A stretch of DNA of 64,000 nt, taken from the NCBI GenBank assembly GCA_030265395.1, contig JARFYF010000061.1, forward strand, positions 10,507,916 through 10,571,915, in the 5' to 3' direction. Source of the stretch: Rhina ancylostomus (taxonomy: Eukaryota). The position numbers and the translations under genes were made by a program. The notes beneath the pieces were generated by a model. That model was not told the origin of the DNA, ran no database searches, and saw only the letters and a program-made list of their open reading frames with translations. Positions 27,719 to 40,800 of the stretch are shown in pieces. Position 1 is the stretch's first letter. Each line of letters begins with the position of its first letter.

Positions 27719-29139
27719 GATAATCTCCGTGTGATCAAGGCCGATGTTTACAACCTTGGAACACGGATCATCGCTTCATCATCCCCGTTTGCATTGGGAA
27801 CCCTCGCAATCGGGATTGACATTCATTAATTTTATTATTTCTTTGTTGAATTTAACCATTGCAGCAAAAATAAATCCCAACCAGTGGCAAAAGATGTATT
27901 AAATATGTGAATTGATTTCTGCTGATTTGCAAAATGCTTTATATTCTGGGATTCTATTGTTTTTTTTGAGGAGCCAGAAATTCAGGATCAATAAGCCTGT
28001 CCACTGCTACCAATAAATGGGCCAAGGCTTTGCTCATGTCAATAAAAGTAAAAATTTTGCAAATAAGTCTGTTGGAAGCATTTTATTTGCATAATCTTTT
28101 TGACAGATCTACATACCTTCTCTGAGCAAACACCTGGCATTTAAACTGAAGCACATACCATTAGACTACTGTTTAATGTAAGACAAGGTGGGGTTATTAA
28201 AAAGGGAACTATGTTCTAGCTTAAACTTCTGTTCATATTCAGGGGACATTTTAATAAGTGCAACATTGAACAGTGCTTAAAAAAGTCATTTATGGAGAGA
28301 TTGATTGATACTTGACTCCTGCTGAATCACACAGGTAGTGATCTGGTTTCTAGTGTGTCTATAAATTTTAACTGTAACATTCCACAGTAACTGACAGAAA
28401 TAAATTCAGCTATCCAGCATAATCAGCTTTCCACTGACCATTTATTGGTGTAAGCTATTATAGTGTTAAAATACTATTAATTCATCAATTAACAATAGAT
28501 GCTATACTAGAAAATAATCTCTCAGACTTTTAGATTTAGTTCTGAACTGTGCTATGACTTAAAACTCAGTATTAGTTGTTTCTACAGTTTATGACACCGA
28601 TGTTTGCTATTGGGAACCAGCACAGACCGCACAGAATCTAAACTGTATAAATTTGATTATGCAAATAAAAATAAATAATAATTATGAATAACCAAATTGT
28701 TTTCTGAAATTATCAGTGCCATAAAATATTCCTCTTTGTGAGAAAGTAGGGGATTTGCAGCCACATCTACTCATTAATCTACTGTGCATTTTGCTAACCT
28801 CCAGTGAAACGACAATGATTGCATTGTTACTTTTATAGAACAATATATTTACAGTAAAACTAAAACAACTCAAGGCCGACGTGGATTCTAGAAGTTAAAA
28901 ATTATGGGTGATGATGTCTGTAAAGTAAAAATATGATTGCTGAGTCTCCATAGATTTTGAATGATACTTAACTGGCAAATATTTAGCCTAAAGAAATGCA
29001 CAGAAATGCTATGATTTATTCGAAGCAAGTGTTCACACTGTATATGTTTGTGTTTAAAAAAACTAGATAATCCCAACTATGCTTGCACGGTAGACCTGAG
29101 GTCCCAACAAACAGCAGATCCCTAAAACAGGCTGGATTC

Positions 29140-29204
29140 CATCATATGTATACATATGATGTATATGAACATCATATACATCATATATATGTATATGAAC
29201 ATAC
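29140..29204. repeat. AT-rich nested palindrome/short repeat
   Basis: Perfect 22-bp palindrome CATCATATGTATACATATGATG (29140-29161) overlapping a 15-bp inverted repeat (29154-29168 / 29172-29186). Confidence 0.85.
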
Positions 29205-30824
29205 TGTATGAAGGGCTTCTCCCTGCTACTGTAGCTCAACCACAAAGGGACAAAATGATTCCTGAAATCTACAAAAACTATTGCGAAAATTTGAGAAGGG
29301 ACTTCCTCGGATGTGGGATAAAATTGGAAAATTATCCTTTAAAGCAAATACAGAAAATCTTTCAATATAATGCCTAGCCCAGCATGATTTGAGTTCAATA
29401 GCCATTTCCTTTCACAAACATTTTGGGGGATTGTGTAACTTATGTGTCAAATTCCTGTTTAGTTTTTAAAATTCTGTCATTTTGTCTTCTATGGTTTTCA
29501 GTGTGATGTTTTTCATAGCATTGCTCCATTTGTAAGAGGTGGGGCCAATATATTAAACTGAGTTATCTAGTGGAGCTTTTTAAACCTTCACCACCATCAT
29601 TTTCTATATAGACAGAACAAAGCTTGCTTGGCTGAGGCAGGTTATGCATCACAAACAGCTTGTTCTCTACCCAGATTGAAAAGTCTGACATTTATTTTGA
29701 ACTCCCAGCAAAGGTTTAGTTGATCCATCACATTTGCTTCCCCTAGTTGACAAATTCTCCTTTCTTTAAGATGAGGGCTTGTTCTCTTCATAGTTCCAAG
29801 CTGAAAACTCTAGTCCCTACTCTAGGCAGGGAGCTCTGAGACAGAGCTGATCAACTATTGCTGCATCAAATTTTGTGCTCACCCAAAACCCATAGGATGT
29901 GCAGCGAGAATTAAAATAATAGTCAGGCTTTCTACTTTTGATCGTAAACTGGTATTTCTAGTACACATGTGGAGAATGGACATTTGAGTGAGATTCTACA
30001 AACTGTTCCCTGCATGAACCAATCTTTTCCAATGAGAAGGGATAAAAAAAAGTACAGGAAAAAATGAATAGATTTGGCAGAGGGCAATAGACTGTTAGCA
30101 TAGCAAGTCATAGTTTATGGAAAAAGTGCCCTATATCTGGGCAGGCCCTCTTTGATCTTTGAACCACAAAATAATGCAGCATCATTCATATTTTCACTAC
30201 ATTAAAGTCAGCAATGCTCAAGAAAATATTTTAATTGTGTTCCCCATGCAACAAAATGCCGTTATGCAAAAGATACATGCTGTTGCTATGACAGGTTGCT
30301 AGGATTTTTGTGGCCCTTTAAAGCATAAGTTGTTGCAGTCATGGGTATTTCATTGTATAACATGCAATTCTCTGCACTAAAGTTCAGTATCCAAAGCGTT
30401 AACATTGACAGCAAAACACACAATTAAATTAACTTGGTTAAGTACATTATGTGGAATCAATGATTGTGGTAAATGTTAAAATCCAGCAATTTCAGAAAGG
30501 AAACATTCTTGTAAGAAATAGCACCACAAATGAAGGAGGACGGGTTGTGTGGGGAAGGTTGGAAAGGCAATAGAGTCAGCCAGCATTCGTGGTCCTGATC
30601 TCTTTCCCCATTGCTCCATGTTAAAAATTATACAAGGTCAGAACTGTGATGACCCACATGGTTGATTGCCCTGGTTGCACTCACTTTCTGGATTTGCACC
30701 CAAAGAGGTACCAATTAAGCACAGTCCCAGCAAAAGTCTGAACCCTGGACACCAGCAAAGGTGTTAGTGCTTCATTAGACAAGAGAGGAGCAATCAACAG
30801 AAAGAGAAAGTACACACAGTGTAT

Positions 30825-31132
30825 TGTCTAATACCACAGAGCATGCATTTAAGGTGGGAGGGGGAATGTTCAAAGGAGATGTGCAGGGCATGTTTTGTTT
30901 TACATAGAGTGATGGGTGTCTGGAATGTGCTGCCAAGGGTTGCGGTGGAGGCAGAAATGAGGGAGGTTCTTAGATAAGCACGTGAATATGCAAAGAATGG
31001 AAGGATATGGACCATGTGCAGTCAGAAGGGATTATCTTAACTAGGTGTCATTAGCTTAATTAGTTCAGCACTACCTCATGGGCTGAAGGGCCTGTTCCTG
31101 TGCTGTGCTATGTTCTATGTTCTATGTTCTAT
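30825..31132 (+). mobile_element. CR1 3' fragment with (TGTTCTA)n tail
   Basis: Ends 'gggctgaagggcctgttcctgtgctgtgctatgttctatgttctatgttctat'. TATTGT occurs at both ends (30822-30827, 31130-31135) as a possible TSD or microhomology. Confidence 0.88.
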
Positions 31133-32590
31133 TGTGAAATATCCAGATGCAGTCATGGAAAAGCAAATTTATTCTGTAAAAAGTTTCAAAATCCAAGAAT
31201 CAAAGTGATTGAATTTGCTTTATTATTTCTTATTAATCTTTGTTTTTATTCAAAGTTATGCTTAAAAAAATAGAATTGTTTGATTTTTTTGTATAATGTT
31301 TTTAAAATTGTCTTATTGTATCAGGCTAAATTCAGAAAGGAGGGAAAGTGGGATACTGTCTCTTTAAATATTATTTATACAGCATCAGTATTTGATAAAA
31401 TCCCCAAACAGTTTATCATCTGCATTTACTGAAGAGATGCAGTTCATGTTATNNNNNNNNNNNNNNNNNNNNNNNNNNNNNNNNNNNNNNNNNNNNNNNN
31501 NNNNNNNNNNNNNNNNNNNNNNNNNNNNNNNNNNNNNNNNNNNNNNNNNNNNAATTTTAAGTTTTCTTCCCAGAAATAAACCTCAACTTGCTCAATCTAC
31601 ACTGATGGTGGCATCCACTCAATCCTCGTAGCATGCTGTACATCTTTTAGGCTTTTGCCCAGTGCTTCAGTATTCACTTTCCTGAAGGCAGTAGCGTAGT
31701 TATAAACAGGTTTTTTGTTAAAATAACTTTCTTCACTGTTTCAATAACACAGGATGTCTTAACCAACAATTTATAGACATGAGCACAGAATATTGAAGAA
31801 ATTCTAGAAAGTAACTTCCAACCAATTGATAAATGTACAATTTGTTCATGTTCACTTTTAATTTAAAATAAATAATAAAAGTTTCTCCCTTCCATTGCTG
31901 AAGATCGGCACATCATTTAATATATTTGGATATTGTATCCAACACAACCAGCAATGCTATAAGCACCAGAGCAAGACAGCAAGTAGTATTCGCTTCATAC
32001 ACAATCATCCAAACAGAATTTTCAGATTATTCACTAAAGATCTGCTTCATTTATTGTATACATGTAACAATGGTATAGCTGTCAGAGGGGTGCAGTAATT
32101 AGCAGATGGGATCGGCAATCAACTTTGTATGAACTGTTCAATCAGGGATAATTAGAGTAAAATGCCAGGACTTTATTGCCTCATGTTGAAATCAAAAGGG
32201 CGTATGATATACGGAAGATTTGGAAGTATCACATTATACCTGAACTGACTATAGTGGCACACATGAGCAAAATAAAAAGGGTGGAAGGAATGATCAAAGA
32301 ATTCTGAAATAATGTTAATTCAATTAAAATTGAGGGCAGATTATCTGCTTGAAAGAATACGAGCGACAGGATTGGGTCACCTGAGCTACATTTATCGCTC
32401 CTTGCTTAGGTAATTAGTGTAATGATCAAAAAGGAGGGGGGCAGCTTTTGTTTTTTTGGGGGAGGTGTTAGTGGAGAACGTGATTGTGATTTGAGAATCG
32501 TGTTGCCTACCTTATGCCACAGTGAGTGGCGTTACGTCCATTTTAGAAACTGCAGCCCACCCACCCTCAAGATGGCTGCTGAGCAAAGAG

Positions 32591-32621
<31 letters not shown>
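32591..32621. repeat. (CT)n microsatellite
   Basis: Direct inspection. Confidence 0.9.
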
Positions 32622-33169
32622 ACAAAATGGCTTCCAGCTGGCCATTCAGGTGGTCATCCCCTTGCCTTCCATCATGGTGCTCTGCATAACTCAAAGTGGC
32701 AGCTTCATGTCTTCAGAATTGCTGCCTCATCAGGAACACAAAACAAATCGCAGTCTTCAGAGAGGACTTCAAGGCTTTTTGTTCTTATCGAAGGATGTGC
32801 TGGAAAATAGGAACAATGATCCTGTTATTCTTTCAAGCATTTGACATCTTGTCCTGGCTCTGTTAAACTGCTCTTCTGTATTTCAATGAAACAGGGTTCT
32901 CTGGGTACAAGAAGTTGAGGAAAGTGAGAAAGAAATGGGGATTGGATCCTTCACTTTATCCTACAATCTTTTCTCACTATAATTTTTGTTTCATAATTAA
33001 TACTAAAATCTGGTTCAAAAATTCTGGAGTATGGACTTCAAAATTTAGGTCATTCAGGGGCTAAAGAAAGTTGTTGATGATTACAATCTTAGTATTAAAA
33101 GATCTGTGGATCTGTTTCAGTCTTTGAGCTCCATGCAGATATATTTACTTGGTTTGAGTGATACCACCA

Positions 33170-33270
33170 ATAAAGAAAAAAAAATAGATTTATATAGCAC
33201 TTTTCACATCCATTCAGAACAGCCAATTAAATACTTTAGAAGTTTAGTCACTGTTGCTATGTGAGAACTG
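33170..33270 (-). mobile_element. Deu-SINE 3' fragment
   Basis: 'atttatatagcacttttcac..cagccaattaaatactttagaagtttagtcactgttgc'. Confidence 0.6.
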
Positions 33271-33344
33271 TGTCAGGAATTGCTTGGAATAGTGTTGCAA
33301 GCTCAACCATTTTCAACTGCTTTATGAATGATTTCTCTCCATCA

Positions 33345-33870
33345 TAGATATGAGGTATTCACCAATTATTGGATGCTAAACATTTTCATCTGTACTTCTT
33401 CAGAAAAAGAAGCAGTCCATGCCTGCATACAGCAAGACTTGAGCAATACTCAGATATGGGATAAGAACTGGCAAGAACATTCATGCCACACAATTGACAA
33501 GAATTGACCATTTCCAATGAGAGATACTCTGATACACCACCTCTGACATTCAGTGGCATCACTATCGCTGGATCCCCAACTGTTGGCCAAAAGCTCAACA
33601 ACCAGTCACATTAAAACTGTGAGTATAAGCATAGATGGGGGACTTGTGACCTGTGACATGTGATTCACCTTCTGACTTGCCAAAATCTTGGCACTTGACT
33701 TTCCAAAGTCAAGACACATCGAGAATGCAACATTAAAATCTCCATGTATTTTGACAGGTGCAGCTCCTCAAACATTCAGGAAGCTTGGCACCATCCAGAA
33801 TTAAGCAATTCAGATGATCAGTATCCAATCCTCTATCCTAACCATTCATTTCACAGCTGTAGTGTACACT
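33345..33870 (+). mobile_element. Degraded LINE (CR1/L2 group) reverse-transcriptase C-terminal fragment
   Basis: Translates to EAVHACIQQDLSNTQIWDKNWQ (compare LQ.DLD.I..WA.KWQ..F), then 'gacattcagtggcatcactatcgctggatccccaact' and 'gtgcagctcctcaaacattcaggaagcttggcaccatccag'; frameshifts and stops present. Confidence 0.75.
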
Positions 33871-34139
33871 GACTACATCAGTGGTTTGAGAAAGGCTGAC
33901 ATTTGCCTTTATTTGCCAGTCTAAATGTATGCACAATTGTGAGCTGTACATTCTCCCCCACTGCTACCAGTGAAACCAAAGGTGTACAGGTGAGTTTAAC
34001 CGGCCGTTAATATTTATACAGATGTCCAGCACCAGCGACCAAAAATAAGCTTCTCTGCCTTTAGCACAAAAAATCCAAGTTGAATGGGTGGGGATAAAGG
34101 GGGTGGGAGGGTTTGTGAACTACTAGAAATTTAATCCTT

Positions 34140-34418
34140 CAGATTCAACATTCAAATAGGCCCTGTTTTTTTGTCCCCTTGGATGTATGTGAAAGATCTC
34201 ATGTCATTGTTTCAAAAGAAGAGTCGGGTATCTATTCTGGGCGCACTAAAAATAAATGATCCATTCACTATCACACTTCCATTTCATGGGAGCTTGCTGT
34301 GCATAAATTGGCTCATGTTTTTCCTGCATCACAGCAGTGCCTAAACTTTATTGGTTATAAAGTGCTTTGGGATATCCAAAGTATGTAAAATCTGATACAT
34401 AAATGCAAATATTTCTTC
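34140..34418 (+). mobile_element. Deu-SINE central and 3' part
   Basis: 'gtgaaagatctcatgtcattgtttcaaaagaagag...atgggagcttgctgtgcataaattggct...attggttataaagtgctttgggatatcc...ataaatgcaaatatttctt'. Confidence 0.75.
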
Positions 34419-35594
34419 CATGAGACAAAGCTCAAGTATTGAATGAGCAGATCAAGTTTAACTGTAATACATCCTTTGTTAACTCGCCTGCACAAGGAAG
34501 CACACACACACAATGAATGGCCACAGTGGGTAAAATACTGGAGAATGTCAGGTTGCCTTGGAACCTGAGTGCAAATCAGAAGGGGAAGGGATAAAAAGGA
34601 ATATTTTTTTTTCAAACATAAACAAAAAATCTAATCTTATTTTTCTGTGAAGAAATAGATCCATATAAGTAATGGGTGGTTCAGTAAAATTAGGGTTGTG
34701 CTCAGATATTAGTCTAGACAACAGCTGCACAATGGAGTGAAACAGTACTCAGTAGGGGCTGGGGGGAAGGGGGCTTATGAATAAGTCTAGGCATTTGATG
34801 AGAGTCACTGTTGGCCATTTATTAAACCCAGCCTCTGAGTTTCTTACCCAATGTAATGATGAGCGATGTCATTTGTATTTATGATTAAGGGTCACCACTG
34901 CCACCCCTCCAGTCTTTTCAAGTTTCCTTCAGGATGTCTAAGTCAGAGAAATACAAAAATAACAAATGCCAAACCAACTGGTGAGATTCAAGTTTATGAC
35001 GGAAATTCAGATAGGAAGGGGAAAATCTCTAAGTGTGTCATAAGCTGCAAAATTAAAGCACCTATCCTCTACCCAAGTTCAGGAGGGTGTAATGGGGAGC
35101 TATTGAGCGGTCAGTGCCTTTAATTATGCAGACAGGCAAACAAAAGGAGGGGGTAAGTATAGAAAAATCAGATGGACACACCTTGGACATTCACATATTG
35201 AAATTGAATTTGGGAAAAAAAATTAATCCCCAGATTGTATGTATAAAAAGTACATCAGGTGTGATTTGGGATATGATTTGAAACATTTGCATCCATTACC
35301 TATTTGTTGCTTTAATGTATATGAAAATTCAGTTTGGCCTTCTTAAAGATCAAGACTTCTGTGAGCTTGTAACTGCAGTTCATAGAAGATTCGATATTTG
35401 TCACCCTGATCACCTGTCCATGGTGAAGGGGCACAATCACTCTGCTCCATGCTCATGGGGTCTGGCTCGAAGCTCCATGCACTGCTACCTTCCTCCACTC
35501 AGTGTTACCACTCCACACCCTCCAACATTATTCTTTTACAGCCCAACTCTCCTCATTCGGTATCACTGCCACCCAGTGAGCAATTAGCAATGCA

Positions 35595-35706
35595 AATGAA
35601 AGGGAATGAGAGGAGAATAGGTTACAGAGAGAGTGGAGGCAGAGAATTACTCTGTGAGCCAGCATAGACTTGATGGGCCGAAATAGCCTCCTTCCAAGTT
35701 GTAAGG
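35595..35706 (+). mobile_element. CR1 3' end remnant
   Basis: 'gagccagcatagacttgatgggccgaaatagcctccttcc'. Confidence 0.6.
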
Positions 35707-38700
35707 AAATAAGAAACAAAAAATGAAGGCTGGATTTTAATGCTACTTAAAGAGACTAAACCATGGTAAAGATTTCTGAAAGCAAAGATGTTCCAATTTC
35801 ATGACTTTTTGATTAACTTGAGATTCAACTTAAGATGCACGCAGCATCCATTTAAACACAACAAATATGGGTTATCCAATTTCTAGGCAACAGCATGTAT
35901 TAAATACACATAATGTTAACTGTGTGTTTTTATGCATTGTTACTAGATATAGTCAATGCCAAATATTCAATACCCTGGATACTCAAGGTGTTGAAGAAGA
36001 TGGGTCCACCTTAACACTTCGGATCCTCACACTCCAAGCTCTGAAGGCTTTAACTGAGTTCAGGATACACAGATCTTTGACATTTAGAAACTGAAGCAAT
36101 TTTATTTTCTCATCTAGATTAGGCCTCTGCAATTTAGTACAAGAGCGTGTGCCACTTGTTTATAGCAAGTTCACTCCACGTGTGCTATAGTATCACGTTA
36201 CAAGAGAAATTACAGAATAATTGCAGCCAATATATATGCATCTTTTTTCTTCCAAATCAAGATTACTCAACATTTTCTTTCTTTTCTTTCACTTTCTCTC
36301 TCTCCAGCTATAAATGGGGTCTGTCAATGGAGTTCTGATCCAAGGGTAATGACTATCTCCAAGTGCCTCAACCGAAAGACCACTCTCCACATGAAAGCCC
36401 AAACAGTAGCAAACAATTTTTGTCAACAACAATCAGAGAAGGGGCTCTTCTTAGGAAAATTAATCTTCTATTTATTAATTTTGCTATTCTGATGCAGCTA
36501 TGTTCCTTTCAAGATCTAATTGTAATTAAGTAAATACTGCCTGAAATTGGAAATTTACAAATTGGAAAGTGTTTCACAATTTCAAGTTATGAGTTAGCAC
36601 CATGCTTGTGCAATTGACTTTCTTTCACTTTTTAAGTTATTACACAAGCAAAATAAATTGCAAGATGTACGTGTATTTATATACCAATAGTATGTCACTG
36701 ATTGCATTGCTCCTGGAGAGACAGATGTTACACTGGGAGACCCATGTAGGTGTAAAGCGATACAGGAGAGTATCCCTTTAGCAAGAGAGTTTAAAAACAA
36801 TTTTGCAAGAGGTATTTGAAATAACAAGACTGAGAACAAGTTGCAATGTATTAAAAAGCATTGACAGCAAAGATGTTATTGTTATACTTATTTTGGTACC
36901 ACAAGTGCAATTCTTATCGATGCCTGTGTTTATGCTCCACATGATCCTGATCCCATTTTCCTTCAACAACACCATCAACAATATTTCTTTGACACAAAAA
37001 TTGTAAACCTTGGCATGTAATTAAGGTTAACAGCTTATTATTTAGTAACCATTTTAGTAATCATGTCTTTGCATAACACAAGCAAAATTGAACAAAAACT
37101 CTTGTTTTTATTTTCCATCTTTATCAAATATCTCTGGGACATAGATTGGCATATTTAAGCTGAACTATATGCTAAAATTTACAATTTTATTAGTAACCTC
37201 TTCTAAAGGTTAACAATGATACAACATGACCAGAAGTTTCCACTATTAATCTTTAGAATCAAATAGCTTGATGGATGGAATTAAATTATTATGTTCTGAG
37301 TTAATCATAACTATTTTAAGAGGATTGGGTTAAATCACAGAGGTCTTTGTGCCTGAAATCACTACAGTTCAACAGAAGAGGAGGAAGGTCCAGATAATAC
37401 AAAAACAATGGATGGAATAAGCTAACCTTGCCTTTCAAAAATGTTTACGTCAGTTTGGTCTTATCTGAAATGCTCCACACAGATTTGAATTGTCATAATA
37501 GGAGGGATGATTTAGCCTGGTTGAAAGTAAAACTGCCAAGTAATTGGATTACATGTGCCAGGTTTTTGTGCACTGCACAGTATAATTTGAGTGGGAAATA
37601 GTTTTTTCTCAATCAATGATTTCATGTAAGTTGTACAGAGTTTGTCATTTTCTTTCTAGTTCCTCCATGTACCTGACTCACTAATGCATGGAGGATGCTA
37701 GATATACAAAGTGGTGAATAAGGTTTGTCTCTGATAGTTAGGTAATTGGTGAGTGGTCCCTTGACTTCACACATCTCTTCACCATCCCCAGACTCACTGA
37801 ACTTGGAACCCTTGCATGAACTGTCCCACCCTTCTCCCATAACCACAAACCAGTCAAAACCTGGTGCCAAAGGTGACACCCCTCCATCTAGCAAGCCTAC
37901 CACCTGATCAATGATCCTATAGTTCCAATCAATGACAATGAACCCTCACCCTAACCCTTCTATCAATCAGCCTTCCCTTTCCAATCCTCGATGCCACCCC
38001 TTCCCATCCTGTGTCTATCCCACAATCCCTGGGCTTACCCTAACCCCAATCTTAAATAATTAATTTTGCATGCTCTGCAATGGCAAGGAGAAGGATATAT
38101 GAAGGAGAGTCCATGATGCCCTTGGACACTCAAGTGACTGAACTTCCCATCAGTGAGCCTGGGAACAAAAGTTTTGTTAGTCCACAGCCTGTCTGGCTGA
38201 TATGCCTCTATAAATGCCAAGCAATTTCCAGACAGGCATAGTTTTACCAGAAATGAAAGTCAAAGTTACAAGAAAAGGTTATCGTAACTAAGGCTACCAT
38301 TTATTGAACTGAGAAAAACTAAATGGAAATCTGATCAAAGTTTGCAACTGATTAAGGAAATGAACAAAGTAAACATAAATACTTTACAATGGTAAGTAAC
38401 TGAGTAACAGAGATAATGATGACAAAATAATCCTATGCAGTAAGAAGAGATTAGACACTTTATTTCATACAACTAGTTATCAGAAATTGGAATATTTTCT
38501 GAAGTAATGATTACCATTAAATTGCTTTACAATTGTGCTCACATCGTCCATTATTTTTGTTCAATCCTCTCCAGTAAGGTTGCCATTCTGACAAAGCACA
38601 AACATTTCCCAAAGTCAACAACCATTTGACTGTGACCATGCCCTATCATTCCTCTTCAACCTGCTTGATTGTATGGCTGCCTTTAGCACAATACACTATC

Positions 38701-39479
38701 CCATCCTCTTCAATAAGAATTACATTTGTGTTTTTCATGCCTGTCTATAACATCTTGAGATATTATATTGCTTACAATAGCTTCATCACCATGTCCATTG
38801 AAGTCGCCTCTGTATTACATCAGGATTCCACACAGCCATTTACTTGCTACCCATTGGAGACATCAACTGGAAATACTAAGTCAGCTTTCCTTTATATAAA
38901 TGATACTTGCCAATGATGACCAAATCCCATAAATGAATTTGAAAGTTGATACTCCAGGACAATATTGATTGGGTATTGCATTTTCTGAGATAATAAACAG
39001 ATGAATTATCAGTGGCTTATTTAGATGGAAGATCTCATGACATTATTTGATTCAGGAGCAGTAAATCTTCCCAAAGTCTTCACAAATACTCATCCCTTAC
39101 ACAAAAGCTGTAAAGAAAGGTACCCAATTCAATTATCTCATTTGCTGTCTGTGCAGTCTAACTGTACAGAAATTGGTTGCAAAAAACTGAACCTTCTGAA
39201 ATACATTTGCTTCAAAATGCTTTGGATCATAACAGACAACTTATCAATAGAATTTACACTTTACAGGGCACAGATAAAGCAAGATGTCCTCCAGCTTAAC
39301 TGCCTACAAAACTCAGGCAATTGCCTCTCAGTTTTTGCAAACTCTTAAGTGCCTCTATTACCATTCTGGCTGAAACCTCCAGCTGAGCTCAGAGATAACC
39401 TGCACAAAGGTATGGTTTACTGCCCAAACCCAAATATCAGTAGGACTAATTTTCCTCAGCTCTGAATGATGGATCACTC

Positions 39480-39900
39480 CTTTTCACATTCTGCTAATGA
39501 AATCATAATCCACACCCTTCCCACAAGCCTATACCACTCCAATATTCCACTTGCAAGACTACAGACCTCAACATCCTATAAATTTGAATTGATTCTTAAC
39601 ACAGTGGCCTGGTGTACAAGCTTGTTTGATATCCTTGTTCCAGAAGCTCCCACCTTCATTCTATAACCCCTTTATGGTCTTTTCACTCCTTATCAATGCA
39701 ATATTCTTCATTTATAAACCAATATGGGCAATCCCCATTTCTCATTTCCTCTAATTACATCTCAGTCCCCAAATGCCCTTCAGTCTTTTTGCCTTCCCAA
39801 TGGGAACTTCATTCTCTCAGCATTTGAACTGGTCATTTCTCTCTGTAGAGTCAAAGTCCTTTCCAACACTCTTCTGTTTTGTATACTTCAGAGCCCCTGT
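39480..39900 (+). mobile_element. Highly degraded L2-type fragment
   Basis: 'tattccacttgcaagactacagacctcaacatcctataaatttgaattgattcttaacacagtggcc...ccctttatggtcttttcactccttatc' resembles the L2 ORF2 end. Confidence 0.4.
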
Positions 39901-40019
39901 CATCCTTATTGCCCTCCTGGTCAGTATCAAGTGCCCTTTATGGTACTCTTAAGACTCCTGTCATCCATAATGACAAGCAAGCCTCTGTAGTTACCTAGTT
40001 GTGGAACATCAGAGCACGA

Positions 40020-40125
40020 TACTTGGAGGGAGCTTTACTCTGTATCTAACTCATGCTGTGACTGACCTAGAAATACTTGATGAGACAGTGAAGACAAAGC
40101 TATAGTTTGCATTTAATCCATATTA
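40020..40125 (+). repeat. About 1.5 units of a ~66-bp elasmobranch repeat
   Basis: 'gagggagctttactctgtatctaactcatgctgtgactgacctagaaatacttgatgagacagtg' followed by a degraded second unit. Confidence 0.6.
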
Positions 40126-40144
40126 TCCTTAAGATGCACAACAG

Positions 40145-40275
40145 GAAAAACACTGCTTTTATTGTCTCACCTTTCACATTCCTTTCAGTACATCCTAAAA
40201 TATCTTATACTTAATTATTTTTTAAGATGTTGTCATTGTTGCAATGATGGAACATGACAGCCAATTTGGTCGCAG
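40145..40275 (-). mobile_element. Deu-SINE 3' fragment
   Basis: 'cacctttcac...catcctaaa...gttgtcattgttgcaatgatggaacatgacagccaatttg'. Confidence 0.5.
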
Positions 40276-40338
40276 TCAGAGATGACTTTCATGAAATCTA
40301 AAGGACAAATATCCACCAAGTTCAAGAGGAGATACTTG

Positions 40339-40800
40339 CATAGGAATCTAGGAACATAGGACCATGAGATACTTAGCCTCATGAGCCTGTTCTACCATTG
40401 GATATAATGATGGATCTGTGGCCTAAATCCATACAGAAGGCCTTTCCCATATCTCTAAGTGTACCATTGATTCACCAAGAATCTATCAATCACAGATTTA
40501 AAATTAATAATTGACATTGAGGAAGGAAGTTCTAAACAGAGCCAGGTCTGTCAGAGAAGAAGGACTTGGCTCTACCTTTTTTTTTAAAGACAGTACCACC
40601 TAGTCCAAAATGCAGAAAGGATTTCTCTTTGTCTACCCTATCATTTCTTCTTAATACCTTGAAAGCTTCAATCAAAATGTTCCTTAAATGTTTAAATTCC
40701 AGGGAATGCAATCCTAGCTATATTATCGCTCCTAATTTAACCAGTGGAGTCCCAGTATTATATTGGTAAATTTATGCTGAACTCCTTCTAGGTGCCCAGA
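40339..40800 (-). mobile_element. CR1 3' fragment
   Basis: 'cataggaatctaggaacatagg...gagcctgttctaccatt...aagaatctatcaatcacagatttaaaatt...tgtctaccctatcatttcttcttaataccttgaaagcttcaatcaaa'. Confidence 0.72.
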
